From positions 1 through 40,303 of the forward strand of contig KZ539015.1 of assembly GCA_000934665.2 (NCBI GenBank): a stretch of 40,303 bases of DNA. Direction: 5' to 3'. The DNA is from Catajapyx aquilonaris (lineage: Eukaryota). A model generated the notes under the pieces. It did no database searches. It had not been told where the DNA came from and was given only the letters and a program-made list of their open reading frames with translations. Position numbers and translations under genes: made by a program. How positions within the stretch are numbered: position 1 is the first letter of the stretch; each line of letters starts with the position of its first letter. Of this stretch, positions 13,401 to 24,629 are shown piece by piece.

Positions 13401-16400
13401 AAATTAACCCAGGGAGAAAGTTTGCAAGAGGGGATCTGATTCATGCCGCCAACAAGCTTGCGACCTGTGTTTTCGCATGTATACAATATTGGGTGCGCAG
13501 CACTCATCTCTTCACGGCTAATCACGCTAATAGACACGTCAATTATTAGGAAATCATCACATACTGACGGTTCTCCTTACAAAAATTGCAGTTTTGCACG
13601 CACAATCTTACAATAATAGTTCATACCCCGTTATCAGACTATCGGCTCTTTAGAGGGGAAGTTTGTTTTGCCTGGAACTCTTTGCTTTTCATTTTACTGT
13701 GCTCTTTGGGATAGGATAGGGACGGAAGGAAGCGGCTGTGGCCTATTAATTACGGAAGCAACTCCGGAATTTTTCTGGGAGGACCGTGGGAAACCACAGA
13801 AAACCACGGTCAGGGTTGCCGGCCCCGGGATTCGAACCCAGGACCTCCCGATTAGCAGCGGACGCCTTTTATCCACTATGCCAACCTGCTTCGGTCACAA
13901 TCTTGCAATAACCTGCATGAACATTGCAACTTTCAAGTTGGAGCGAATTTTTAAACTAATTACACCTCAAAACACTGATATAAATCACACTGTTATTTTT
14001 GAATAGCAGAATAGCAGATAAAAATCACCGCTATTTCAATAGCACTCGCAGTAGTCAATCACTGTTGTTTTCTAGTAGCAGTGTAGCTGTAACAAATGAC
14101 TACTGTTTTGTGCAGAAATATAGCAGTTTCAGTCATTATTATTTTAATAGCAGTATAGCAGTGAAGTGTGAAGATCGCCGCAGTCACGAATAACTGCTTC
14201 TTTGTGTAGCATTGTATTAGATACCAATCACTGCTATTTAGTAGCACCAGCAGTAAGATATCGCTGTTGTTGTAAATAGCAGTTTAGCAGCTACTAGCAG
14301 CTACTAAAATAACGGTCACCGCTACTTTAGTAGCACTCTGGCAGTAGCCAATCGCTGCTTTTTTCGAGTATCAGTGACAAGTAACTGTTGCTTTGTAGCA
14401 ATATAAGTTATCATGAACCAATCACTGCTAGATTCGTAGCATTATAGCAGCAGTATCCAGTCGCTGTTTTAGACAGCAGTGTAGCAGTTACCAGCAGCAA
14501 CTAAAATAGTGGTCACCGCTACTTTAGTAGCACTGTAGCAGTAACCAATCACTGCTTTTTAAAGTAGCAGTAAGAAGTAACTGCTGTTTTGTAGCAATAC
14601 AGCAGGTACCACTCACTGCTATGTTAATAGTGGTAACAAATCGCTGCTGTTTTTAAGTAGCAGCGTCAGTAGCAATAACAAGTAACTGCTGTTTTGTAGC
14701 AATACCTGTATGGCATGTGTCAATAGCTGCTATGCTAGTAGCGGTAACAAATCGCTGCTATTTTTGAACAGTTGTGGCTGAAAATCGCCGTTGCGCTCTC
14801 CTGCTGCCATCTCTTGCCGTCTAATCACGCTAATAGAGCCATCAGACTCCCCCTTAATGATTTACAAACGTTCGCTAAAATATTGAGAGCTAGCCTGTTA
14901 AAAAGAAGAGAAGGTGCCATCGTGGACGGGTAAATGTACGAAAATTGGATTGGTTTCCGCGTCGTTAGTTTAATGGGGGGCGGGTTTTACGCGAGTTGCA
15001 TCAGACTAGGGAGGCGGACATACCAAGCTAGGAAACATGGAGACGCTTGTCTTTTATACCCTTCTACCCCACTTTAAAAAAAGAAGAAAAAAACTCGTCA
15101 TCGATTGGTCCACGAAAAGTCCCAAAGTCTCTTTGGTAGGACAGACTCCTGGCATTTTTTTTTTTTTTTGTAGGACCACGTTTCCGAGACGCGTTTCTCA
15201 GAGCGGGAGTATTTTAAATAGGAATTGCGAAGCTTCCTTCCTTCCCTCGTACATACTTCTCTCCTGAGAGGAGCAACTTGCATAATCAGACATCCCCTGC
15301 TCAGTGCGCGAAATAACTGGAAAACCTTTTAAGAAATTAGCTCCCCTGGACAAGAGGGGCAATTCGTTNGGGGGGAAAGTCCTGAAAAAGTGCGAGAGGA
15401 TTGTCGCACAAGTGCGCGTGATTTTGAGTTATACGCACTGCCGACGAAACTTTTGGGGGAAACAGTTTGGCACCAGACCATGCCCATATTTCCTGGACTT
15501 AATCATCGAGATTCGTCCTTACTGGATATGATTTGAACGAGCAATATTCTGCACCTGACATCGTAAACTGTGTCTGAACTTAGGGATCTTCCGAATCCAG
15601 AACTTGCAGAAATCTTGGCACTGTAACTTGTAAGTATAAGTCTGAAAATACACTCCAATCCTATTTAAATGCATCCGTCATGTCGTGCCGCTATAATTTT
15701 CAGAAGAAAGCAGCATGCGCCATCTCCCTATTTTCTTCCCAACTTTTTGCACAAGTTTTTAAAAGTTTCAAATGACGTCACCATTGTCGTCATTACTAAT
15801 AACTTTAGATCATTAACAGCGATATCATTTGATTGATTGACTGGGAAGAATCCAAATTCTCTGGAACATCATTTGGAACCGATATGAAGTGATCGGCCAT
15901 AAATTCTTGGTCTCCAATATTCATCCTGTCCATCTAAATACCTGGCTAATCCGGACTCAAACAAATTTGTTTACCACTGTGTCTGTATCGATTCGGATCT
16001 TTTTTTCTTTCCCCAAAAACCTCCCCACCNCCCCCACGACCGTCGTACATTTTCAAGCCAACCTATACACACAGACCCAACGTTTTTCACCCTTGATTTA
16101 TAGGTAAAATGGCTGCTTCCTTATTCCTTGGGTCTCTGTGGGGGAAAGGGAGAAGGGTGCAATGGAAAATGCCTTGGAAATGTCCCGAGTATATCGGAGC
16201 AGGCATAGAGGACGAAAAGGGGGCGATGTAAATGTCACGCTCGCCTGACTCTATTGTCTGAGTCGTTGGAACGACATGCCTAGAGCAAGAAGAGAGACAT
16301 GGGGTGGGGACAGATCAAGCTTTTGCTGCTCTCTCTATCCCCCCCTCACTCTCTCCATACCCTTAACGCCCCGCAGATCAAGAAAGGGAGGGGATCTGTG

Positions 16401-17864
16401 GAAGTACGTATCTCTGGTTGTGACCGCTCAGATCGATAGCATGGGACGCTCCCTCAAAAGGTATAAATCACCCCCTACTACTCCAATAGACTCTGGTCGT
16501 TTCCTCCTTTTTTTTTTTGCTCGTGTCTGCACCAAGGAAATGAAATGGCCAGAACCATCGTAGGTTCAACAAGTCATCAAGATATGAAAACACTCAGGCC
16601 AGAAAAAAAGTAGTAAAACTGTGATATACACTCGCGAAAATGGATAAGGGAGCAAACCTGTCAAGAAAAAATGTCTTGGGTACTAACCTACTCGTCCTAA
16701 ACTTCTTTTGGCATTCACCAAGCATTTTTAGAAGACTTTTTTCTTTTGTTTTTTGCTCAGAGACCATCGATGCTAAATGAGGCCCAGCTAGTAGTTCACG
16801 CTGACAACTAAGCCTTACTTAAGTAAATATTTACCCCTTTTCTGGAGCACTACCGTTCAGGAATGTTTATACTACTTTTTTTTTNNNNNGGGGGGGGGGG
16901 GGTGTACGAGGGTGGTCGTACACTGACCGGTTACACAGTTTTTATATGGCGAAAGAAAAGTTGTTTACTTTACAGTATAGCCTTAAATTTTTTTGAGTGG
17001 GATTACCTACTCGATTGAAGTGATTTTTCACTCTTTCTTCCACTTGTTTTTGAGTGATGTCCAATCCCTCGATCATCCAATGCGAGATCCCCAACAAGCT
17101 TCGAGGGAAAGTACCTAGACAGCTCAAATTTAGCGAACGGATTTTTTTAAGAAAATCACTCATATTGAGCCAAAAAAACACCAATCAAATGGAATAAAAT
17201 TGATTTCCTCATTGAAATAGCAGTTTCCCACTTGTTTTGATTGAAAAATCACTCAATCATTCAATGCGAAATCTCCAACAAGCTTCGAGGGAGAACACCT
17301 AGACCACTCAGCTATAGAGCGAACGGATTCGAATATTTTTTTTCACTCAGATTGAGAGAAAACCCACTCAAATTGAGTGAGTGAAATCCATTTCCATCAA
17401 TTTGATTGGGGTTTCTCACAATTTGAGTGAAAGAAATATTCGATTCGTTGAAAATGTGTGAAAATTTTACTCAAAAAAAGAGGAGTGAAGTCTCAAGATG
17501 CTCTTTACGAGTGAATTTCACTCCAAAAATATTTACTTTTCACTCAGTGAAAGAGTATAGTCTCACACTCATTTTTAGAGTAATTCTTCAATCATTTTCC
17601 ATTCATTCATGAATCTTTTAAAAAAATGAGTGAATGAAAAATGAGTAAATAATTCTTCACTCGATTTAAGTTAACAAGTTTTTTCGGAATTAAATTTACA
17701 AAGAGCATTTTGCGAATTTGCTCCTGTTTTAAAAATGGAGGAAATTCGCAAAAACACAGGATTTTCGGTTGGCATTCGTGGATGTCCCTTAGATATCCAT
17801 GGGATGTCGCTATGCTTCTTGGGTTGATTGAAATTTTCACTCTAGCGCAGCAATCAACTGGCTG

Positions 17865-17948
<84 letters not shown>

Positions 17949-20666
17949 GTTGTTGTTGTTGAACTGAGTATTTAGAACTTTTGAGTTGAACACCCCGTGC
18001 ACATCCAGTTTTTTTAAAAAATAGGGCTGTCCAAAACAGTCCGGGTTTTGTCCAGTGGTGGCATATGTGACAACATCCGTCTCTGGAAAACCGGGGCTGG
18101 AATATTAACCACGGGATTTTGCGGGCTGTGGGTGGGGGGGGGGGGGGTTNNNNNNNNNNNNNNNNNNNNNNNNNNNNNNNNNNNNNNNNNNNNNNNNNNN
18201 NNNNNNNNNNNNNNNNNNNNNNNNNNNNNNNNNNNNNNNNNNNNNNNNNNNNNNNNNNNNNNNNNNNNNNNNNNNNNNNNNNNNNNNNNNNNNNNNNNNN
18301 NNNNNNNNNNNNNNNNNNNNNNNNNNNNNNNNNNNNNNNNNNNNNNNNNNNNNNNNNNNNNNNNNNNNNNNNNNNNNNNNNNNNNNNNNNNNNNNNNNNN
18401 NNNNNNNNNNNNNNNNNNNNNNNNNNNNNNNNNNNNNNNNNNNNNNNNNNNNNNNNNNNNNNNNNNNNNNNNNNNNNNNNNNNNNNNNNNNNNNNNNNNN
18501 NNNNNNNNNNNNNNNNNNNNNNNCCCCCCCCCTCAACCACATTGGGTAACTTGCCATGATCGATAGTCAGATTCCCTAGGGAAATCTCTGATCACAATGT
18601 CTCCTGTCCACTAATAAATCTCTAAAGAGACAATCTGGCGTTCGCGACATTTTCTGATGGAATTAAATGCCAAGGGTTGACTCTCCTTTTTTTCGTTTCA
18701 GATTACCCGCCTGGATACTATCCGGACCAGGATAAGAAAGTGTTGGGAAGTATGCAGCCCGATTTGACTCAGAATGTGAATATTGTGGCAGTGGCGCCTA
18801 CGAGCATATGCTACGAGTACACATACACTGCGCCTGCTGGAGGCGGTGGCTGTAAGGACGGCGCGTCCGGAACGCTTCTGACGCCTTCGAGCGAGCATCA
18901 TTACGACGTGCCGCATGTCAACGGCGGAAACAGCGCATCGTCGTCAACCAACAGCCCGACAGGAGAAGTACCGTCGTTGATGTCCGGAGCGTCCGACAGC
19001 CCTTCGTCGTGTGATAAGAACATGCACTCAGACTCCAACCGAAGTCTCAGCAGCTCTTTTGCATCCTGTAAGTATGCCACACGGGCCAAGTTTGGGCCAC
19101 ATTGGCTAACAGTATCATTCGCAGCTCCATCGCGTCCGACATCCACGTACAACACCGAGGATCTGACAGGTCGCCAGTCTCTACTGTCCAGCTCGCTGAT
19201 TCCTCCAGGTCTGGACTCGGAGTGTTTGGCTGCCAATACCGTGACTCACTTGGGGGCAAGGTTGGCCCTCCGAGAGCTGGGAATCACCTTGACTGTGTCA
19301 GAGGGCGCGCTAGAGAAGGGTCAGCAGGAGGACATGTTCGTGGCGGTCCTTAGGGAGGATCGGGACCGGCCCAAAATTTCTGGTACGCTTACTTGAAACG
19401 TTCACTGACATACAGGTTCACTGACCATTCGAGTCTGTCGAAGGTCAGTGAACCCGTCCGTTGCTGTTCATTGACCTTTCAAGTCTGTCGAAGGTCGACG
19501 AACCCGTCCGTTGCAGTTCATTGAACTTCAGTTCCTTTCCCCTATTTTCACAGATAAGCAGACTATCCTGAGCCCTGTGGTCTTGTGTGGTCCAGTCAGT
19601 ATGGCCATGAAGAAGCCGGTTATCCTGAACTTCCAACACTGTGCCAGTCTGAAGCATGGACACTGGAGTATCAGTGTGTACCATAGCGACACTCCGGCTG
19701 ATGAAGTTGCAGTTTGGCAGGTGGGTAGGCCTATCCTAACTGGTGAGGCAACCTGTTACACATGGGTGTAGGTTGCGTGCCTTCCAGGATATGCTGATTG
19801 GATAGCAGGATGCCTGCCACTTATTTCTCACCCTGTTCTAGACCAGTTATTGGTTATTCTCCCTGACGCTATATGTCATAAGTGGTTTTCCGTAGTAGTA
19901 TGATGCTGTCATTGTACCCGCAGTAGTTCCAAACTGGGTGAGTCCTGGACAAAGCGCCCAAAAATATACCGCAAGGTCCACCCGTCATTTTTTGACATCT
20001 GTTTCTTTCCTAGGTCAATGGGTATCTCGCAATAGCAGGGGGGGGGGGGGGGGAAANGGGGGGGGGGGGGAAACGCCGTCATATAGTGGCAAAAACCGCG
20101 CACATATAGGTATATACATTTTGGCGCATATCTCGGGAACTATATTTGCACTACCGCGATAATCAAGGTGTCATTGATGATATAAAAATGTAAAGAACCT
20201 TATGACTGGCATTTAGGAAAAGTTGAAATTTTAAAAATAGGCCAACTAACTTTTGCAATGTCAATATTTTGACCTTTGACCGTTCGGGAGCGGTAACTGA
20301 TTTATGCTTATAAACAACATATTCAGAAGGCTCTGGTTATTATATACTATTCCTGGATTTATAAACCTGGCAAAATGCTTTTGTTCGAGCAAAAGATGAT
20401 CAAACCTAGGAGTACGGGTACCCAAAATTATGGCTCCATGAATCGTATTTTCCCGAAATGTCGGACAATCGGGTGAATCTCGTACGTTTGAAGGATGAAT
20501 CCCGGGTGAATCTGGGGAATTCCGAATATTCATCAGCACTTGTAATATACCTTACAGGCAGTGTACCTACCGGTATATCTGACAATAATGTATTGCCATA
20601 CGTACGTTGACATACGTTGCATGCCGTATGTTGCCATACGTTGCAATACCTACGTTCTACGTACGT

Positions 20667-20718
<52 letters not shown>

Positions 20719-23051
20719 ACATAACTACAGAGGAGCTTGCCAGCAAATCCAGATAAATCCACTCCGGGTCGAAAATAATCTGGATACGCTGGAGACATGC
20801 TCCACCCAATGCCTTTCTATTGACAAGAAGTTGCAAGTGAAACCAGACATTTACACCGAATGCGAGCCGTGGGAAAATTGCCCTTTCAAGCAGACCCGGA
20901 TATATCCGAAAGTGGTTTCCAAGCAAAAGCATATAAATCAAGTGCACATAAAGCTAATGCCATAATTTTAATGCAAAATCAGATATGTCCATTTTTGGCG
21001 GTGCCATGCCTCAACAATCACCATACCAATATATGGTGATTCTTGGGGTGGGGCATTGTTAAAAGATGGATATATACAATTGTTTCTGCAATCATAATGG
21101 CAACCCCGATAGCATACTGCACATCTAGTTTTCAAGCAAAAGCAAATTAGTCTCAATTCACATATAACTGATTTTCATGCAAAATCAGATGTATCCATTT
21201 TTAACAATACCCTACCTCCACAATCACCATACATTGAAGTAAAACAATTGTGTCTACATAATGGCAACCCCTGTAGCATACTGCACGTGACAACTTCAAT
21301 CTCATTTTTGTCACCAGAATTGAGAAATCACTTATTGGCTCCTCCTGAAAAATTGCAAATTGTGGATTTATCTGGATTTGCTGGCAAGCTCCTCTACTAT
21401 CCCAGCTCTTTCAATTTTTCACTCTTGGACTACTGGCAAGATCTTTCATATATACGATATGGGTGATTCTCCAAAGACTTTCCAAGTTGTCAAAGCAAAA
21501 ATCAATGAATTTCAAAACTAGTTTTAAAAATGAGGAAAAAGTTCACACCTACTCTGTGTGAGGTCAAAACAAAAACTCTCATAACACTAGTAGTTGATGA
21601 TGGTCAATTTGTTTAAAGTCACATCTTGTTCAAGAGCGATAATTTTTGTTAAAATATTAATATCAAGGGGAATAACATGAGAACTCGGGACACGCTTTGG
21701 AGTGATGCAGAAAGGCCTTTGGTGTCTCATCGGCGGCAATTTTTTTTAATATTTATTTATTTTAATTACCCCGTGATACCTTCTGTCCTTTCAGAAAATG
21801 GTGACTCTTGGTGAGGAGACGATCAACACGCCCGTGTTTACCCAGCTGGATATGAACCAGGTGTATGTTGTGGCTGACCAGCTGACTCGCTTTGTCCTAG
21901 TGGGCGAGTCAGTCCCTGGAGGCAGAGCTGTCAAGGCCCTCAAGCTGGCCATATTCGCACCAGTCTTGCATCAGTCCGTTGATTATTGCCTTCGAGTGTA
22001 TGCGCTTGAGGACACTGTAGCCGCCTTTGAGGTACGACCAGTCGCATACACCGCAAAGGATGTGTCTAACACACTTCTATCCAACAGGGTGTGATGCAGA
22101 TGGAGAAGCGTCTTGGTGGTCGTCTCCTGGACAAGCCCAAGACTATGCTGTTCCAGGACGGAGGAGCCAACCTGTGCTTGAGCATGGAAGAGATAGGTCC
22201 AGGATGGAAGTGCAAACCGCAGGCTGATTATCAGGAGATTCCGTTCGCCCACGTGTGGAGCTGTCCTCAAAACAACCTGCACTGTGCCTTTACCCTGGAG
22301 CACCTGGAACCAAGGCAGGCTCACCACTCGCTCGCCTTCCGTCTGCACGCCTTCCAGAAGAGTTCACCTGCCCACAGGCAGGTCTTCCGCATCAACAATG
22401 ATCTCAGGGCCATGGTAAGTATACCTTCAGTACTATAATCAGATTGTTTACTTAAATATGGCCATATCCACACAGCAGACAACTGTTCCAAGTCCGGCCA
22501 ACAGCCAACCACGGTCATCCACAGTGACCACCAGCAGTGGCTGCAGCTCCATGGTGACCCTGGAGCCTCCAGCATCCGTCTTCAGGTTGCAGGGCACCAT
22601 GAAGGCCCAACTGTGCCAGTGTCTGGACCCTCCAAATGCCAGAGGAAATGACTGGAGGATGTTGGCACAGAGCCTCAGCATGGACAGGTACGTACGGTAA
22701 TGTCCAATGATTTCTACTAAAATATAGAAAAAAAGGGGAAAGTTTGTCAGTATGTTTCAATTCCCTCCCCGACAGTCAGAGGGGCAGTGTTACCAAGTTT
22801 TTGTACTTTTGTGAGCAATAATCGATGATGACCTTCCATTTCTTACCCAGCATGACTAATGTGATTGCATTGTTGGCAGGTACATCAACTTCTTTGCAAC
22901 CAAGGCAAGTCCGACAGAGCATATTCTGGATCTGTGGGAGGCACGTCACAAGGAAGCGACTGCAGTCACTGACCTGCTGAACGTACTGCGGGTCATGGGC
23001 AGATTGGATGCGGCTGGAATCCTGGAGAAAGAACTGGGCCCATGGTTGTAA
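1334..23051 (+). CDS. unc-5: Netrin receptor UNC5, 5'-partial (Ig/TSP1 exons lie upstream of the window); about 628 aa visible
   Basis: Phase-consistent GT-AG exons: 1334-1480 (TM: DVALYIGLAVAFAVFAVVVVVVVKILRRK), 18702-19067 (QPDLT motif), 19125-19382 and 19554-19720 (ZU5: GARLALRELGITLTVSEGAL...QTILSPVVLCGP...KKPVILNFQHCA), 21795-22031 and 22088-22414 (UPA: KALKLAIFAP...LRVYALEDT...YQEIPFAHVW...LHCAFTLE), 22476-22687 and 22880-23051 (death domain: [43 protein letters not shown]...GPWL*). Stop TAA at 23049-23051. Confidence 0.95.
4350..4500. repeat. Imperfect direct duplication of about 60 bp
   Basis: cgttgcatgggatcagttaaaagcgattttggaaggagcgcaaagtaaatcgcttc recurs as cgttacatggggccagttaaacgcgatttaggaaggagctcaaagtaaagcgcttc at 4441. 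Confidence 0.75.
8449..8547. repeat. Degenerate tandem repeat of about 21 bp, 5 copies
   Basis: Recurrent core ttcagcggatacatg. Confidence 0.75.
8851..9068. other. Assembly gap flanked by poly-G
   Basis: Run of N bounded by G homopolymers. Confidence 0.99.
9565..9813 (+). mobile_element. Probable non-autonomous Helitron
   Basis: Begins A|TCTATAATATTAAAAT and ends ...gcgagcgaagcgag...CTAG|T. This gives 5'-TC and 3'-CTAG termini at an A/T junction with no TSD, and a GC-rich subterminal region. Confidence 0.45.
10930..11076. repeat. Degenerate tandem repeat of about 15-20 bp (actcgacttacgta)
   Basis: Repeated ctcgacttacgtac-like units containing TACGTA palindromes. Confidence 0.65.
12150..12275 (+). 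mobile_element. Possible DINE-1/Helentron-associated element remnant
   Basis: ctgtgtccgtccgtctgtctgt microsatellite core followed by gagatagcg...ggattcggattcagcg. Termini are not resolved. Confidence 0.3.
12338..12548. mobile_element. Tc1/mariner-type MITE, 211 bp
   Basis: Perfect 37-bp TIR cagggtggaccaacttcaagtgtcgttttataacggc with TA on both sides; the interior is also largely palindromic. Confidence 0.92.
13685..13895 (-). mobile_element. tRNA-derived SINE
   Basis: On the minus strand, A box TGGCATAGTGG (13883-13873) and B box GGTTCGAATCC (13838-13828), then a tRNA-unrelated body (...gtggttttctgtggtttccc...ggccacagccgcttccttcc). The body resembles arthropod SINE bodies I recall (Locusta Lm1-like). 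The 3' end is approximate. Confidence 0.82.
14000..14790. repeat. Degenerate TAGCAG/CTGCTA-rich satellite with higher-order period of about 197 bp
   Basis: Subunits of about 30 bp; an identical 24-mer ggtcaccgctactttagtagcact occurs at 14314 and 14511. Confidence 0.85.
16990..17670. repeat. CACTC/GAGTG-rich foldback-like repeat with internal duplication of about 130 bp
   Basis: Dense tcactc/gagtga motifs in both orientations. 17039-17170 is duplicated at 17228-17358 (shared ccaacaagcttcgaggga...cctagac...agcgaacggatt). Confidence 0.65.
17865..17961. repeat. (ATT)n(GTT)n microsatellite
   Basis: Direct reading. Confidence 0.97.
18150..18523. other. Assembly gap flanked by poly-G (left) and poly-C (right)
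   Basis: Run of N. Confidence 0.99.
19415..19526. repeat. 50-bp tandem repeat of hairpin units in a UNC5 intron
   Basis: ggttcactgaccattcga-gtctg-tcgaaggtcagtgaacc (19415-19454), a degenerate copy at 19466 and a partial copy at 19516. Confidence 0.8.
20668..20721. repeat. (CT)n(CA)n microsatellite
   Basis: Direct reading. Confidence 0.95.
20728..21396. mobile_element. Non-autonomous DNA transposon (MITE), about 670 bp, superfamily uncertain
   Basis: Perfect 34-bp inverted repeats agaggagcttgccagcaaatccagataaatccac (20729-20762 / 21362-21395), a possible 3-bp TSD CTA, and an internal tandem duplication of about 170-200 bp. Confidence 0.85.
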
Positions 23052-24211
23052 GGCGACATTTTTAAAGGACTCCCAACAAATGGGAGAGTTCCCATGTGAT
23101 AAGCCCCGATTCCTATGAAGTTACCAGTGTGGGAAACAAAACAAAACAAAGACAAAAACCAAGCAAGTTTTTAACAAAGTTGCATTTTATAATGGTGGGT
23201 TCCGGACAGAGTTTGTGATAATGTTAGGAGCAGAAAACAATGTCTTTCTACCGCAAAAGTTTCAATAGTGGTGAGGAAGTGCCAAAAACAATATGATTGC
23301 GGACTGTTGTGTTGTTTCTTGAGGAAGAGAAAATTGTGGTTGGAGTTCGGCCTGTGGTATTTTCGAGATGGTTAATGGTGGACACTGTTGATGTGGTTTA
23401 ATTTCTTTTTTTAAATGTGGAGTGTGGCTGCTGCCTGTTTAGTTGTGGGTAGATCTGGAGGTTTTTGGGCAGGATTGGTGGCCTTAGGACAGAAAACTCA
23501 GTAGCTTGTGCTATGCATTTTTTAGAAATACGGTATGCATTTTTGTTTTGCGTTTATACATGGTGTGCTTGTCACTCCCCCACCATACACACACATACAC
23601 ATCCACATACGCATTGCTTAAAATACAGTAAATATGTTAGGTCATGTGTGTCTGTCCACCCCGACATGTGTATAGTTTCTAGGAGTGTCCTAGAAAGAAA
23701 GAGAGGAAACAGGAAAAAAAAAATAAGAAGAAGAAGAAATGTACAGAAGATGTATATGGATGTATCATACCAATATTTGCTAACGTGTGAGAGTAATTTT
23801 ATACCATGTATACAAGTGCGAGGAAGTAGGAAGAGTTTATGATCATGTTTAGCCCAGTCGAGTTATTGAAAAGCAAATGTTTGTAGCATTGTTCACTTGT
23901 CATGCTTCCAAGAAAAGAAAGAAAAAAAAAAGGTTTTTGTCTTCCACACACACTACACCAGCCAAATGCATTTTTTGGGTTTGGAAACCTTTTTGTTTGT
24001 TTGTTTGTTTGTAAAGCGGAAGAGAAAACGGACACTGGCACGACACTGTCAATTTTTTTAAAAAATCAGTTGCATTTGTGTAGCGTTTTCAGTGGGAAAT
24101 TTTTTTGTACTCACATGCCTGGCAGACTGACCAACTATTTGCTGTTCTGTCAAAGCTAAGTTAGACATAATATAATGTGCAATTATTGTCAAGTAGGTCG
24201 GCTGAAGTTAC

Positions 24212-24217
24212 AATAAA
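24212..24217 (+). terminator. Probable UNC5 polyadenylation signal
   Basis: AATAAA about 1.16 kb after the UNC5 stop, followed by a T-rich downstream tract. Confidence 0.5.
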
Positions 24218-24629
24218 AAAATGCATTATTTCTCTGATTTTTTTTCTGGTGACCGCACAAGTAATGACTATTCACAGCAAAAGCAGGGGCATGACCCCTT
24301 TTTTTATTTTTGGCACACTGTATATAAATACACACTGATTGCAAATCCACATATTGTAATTAATTAATGGTCAGTAATATTTACAAAATGTACAATGTTC
24401 ATTATGATTCATGTAGACAAATCACATTCACACACATAATTGCTCGATAACAAAAAAAAATAATTGTACTTCAACCCTGATAATCACATAGTTCACACTC
24501 TATCTCTCCCTTTCAATGGGTCATGTGCATCGCTATTGATTTGATCATTAAGCGAAACATTTTGCAACATCTGACTCATTGTTCCTCTACACCTCTTGAC
24601 ATTTTTCTTCAGGCCGTAATTAGCATCCA

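Noticed and set aside
13820..13895. tRNA gene
   Set aside because: A and B boxes are present, but there is no convincing acceptor stem and the sequence continues into a SINE-like body.
14000..14790. CRISPR-like array
   Set aside because: Units are degenerate with no unique spacers, the context is a eukaryotic intron, and there are no cas genes.
17607..18002. Poly-Asn ORF
   Set aside because: It is the (ATT)n microsatellite read on the minus strand.
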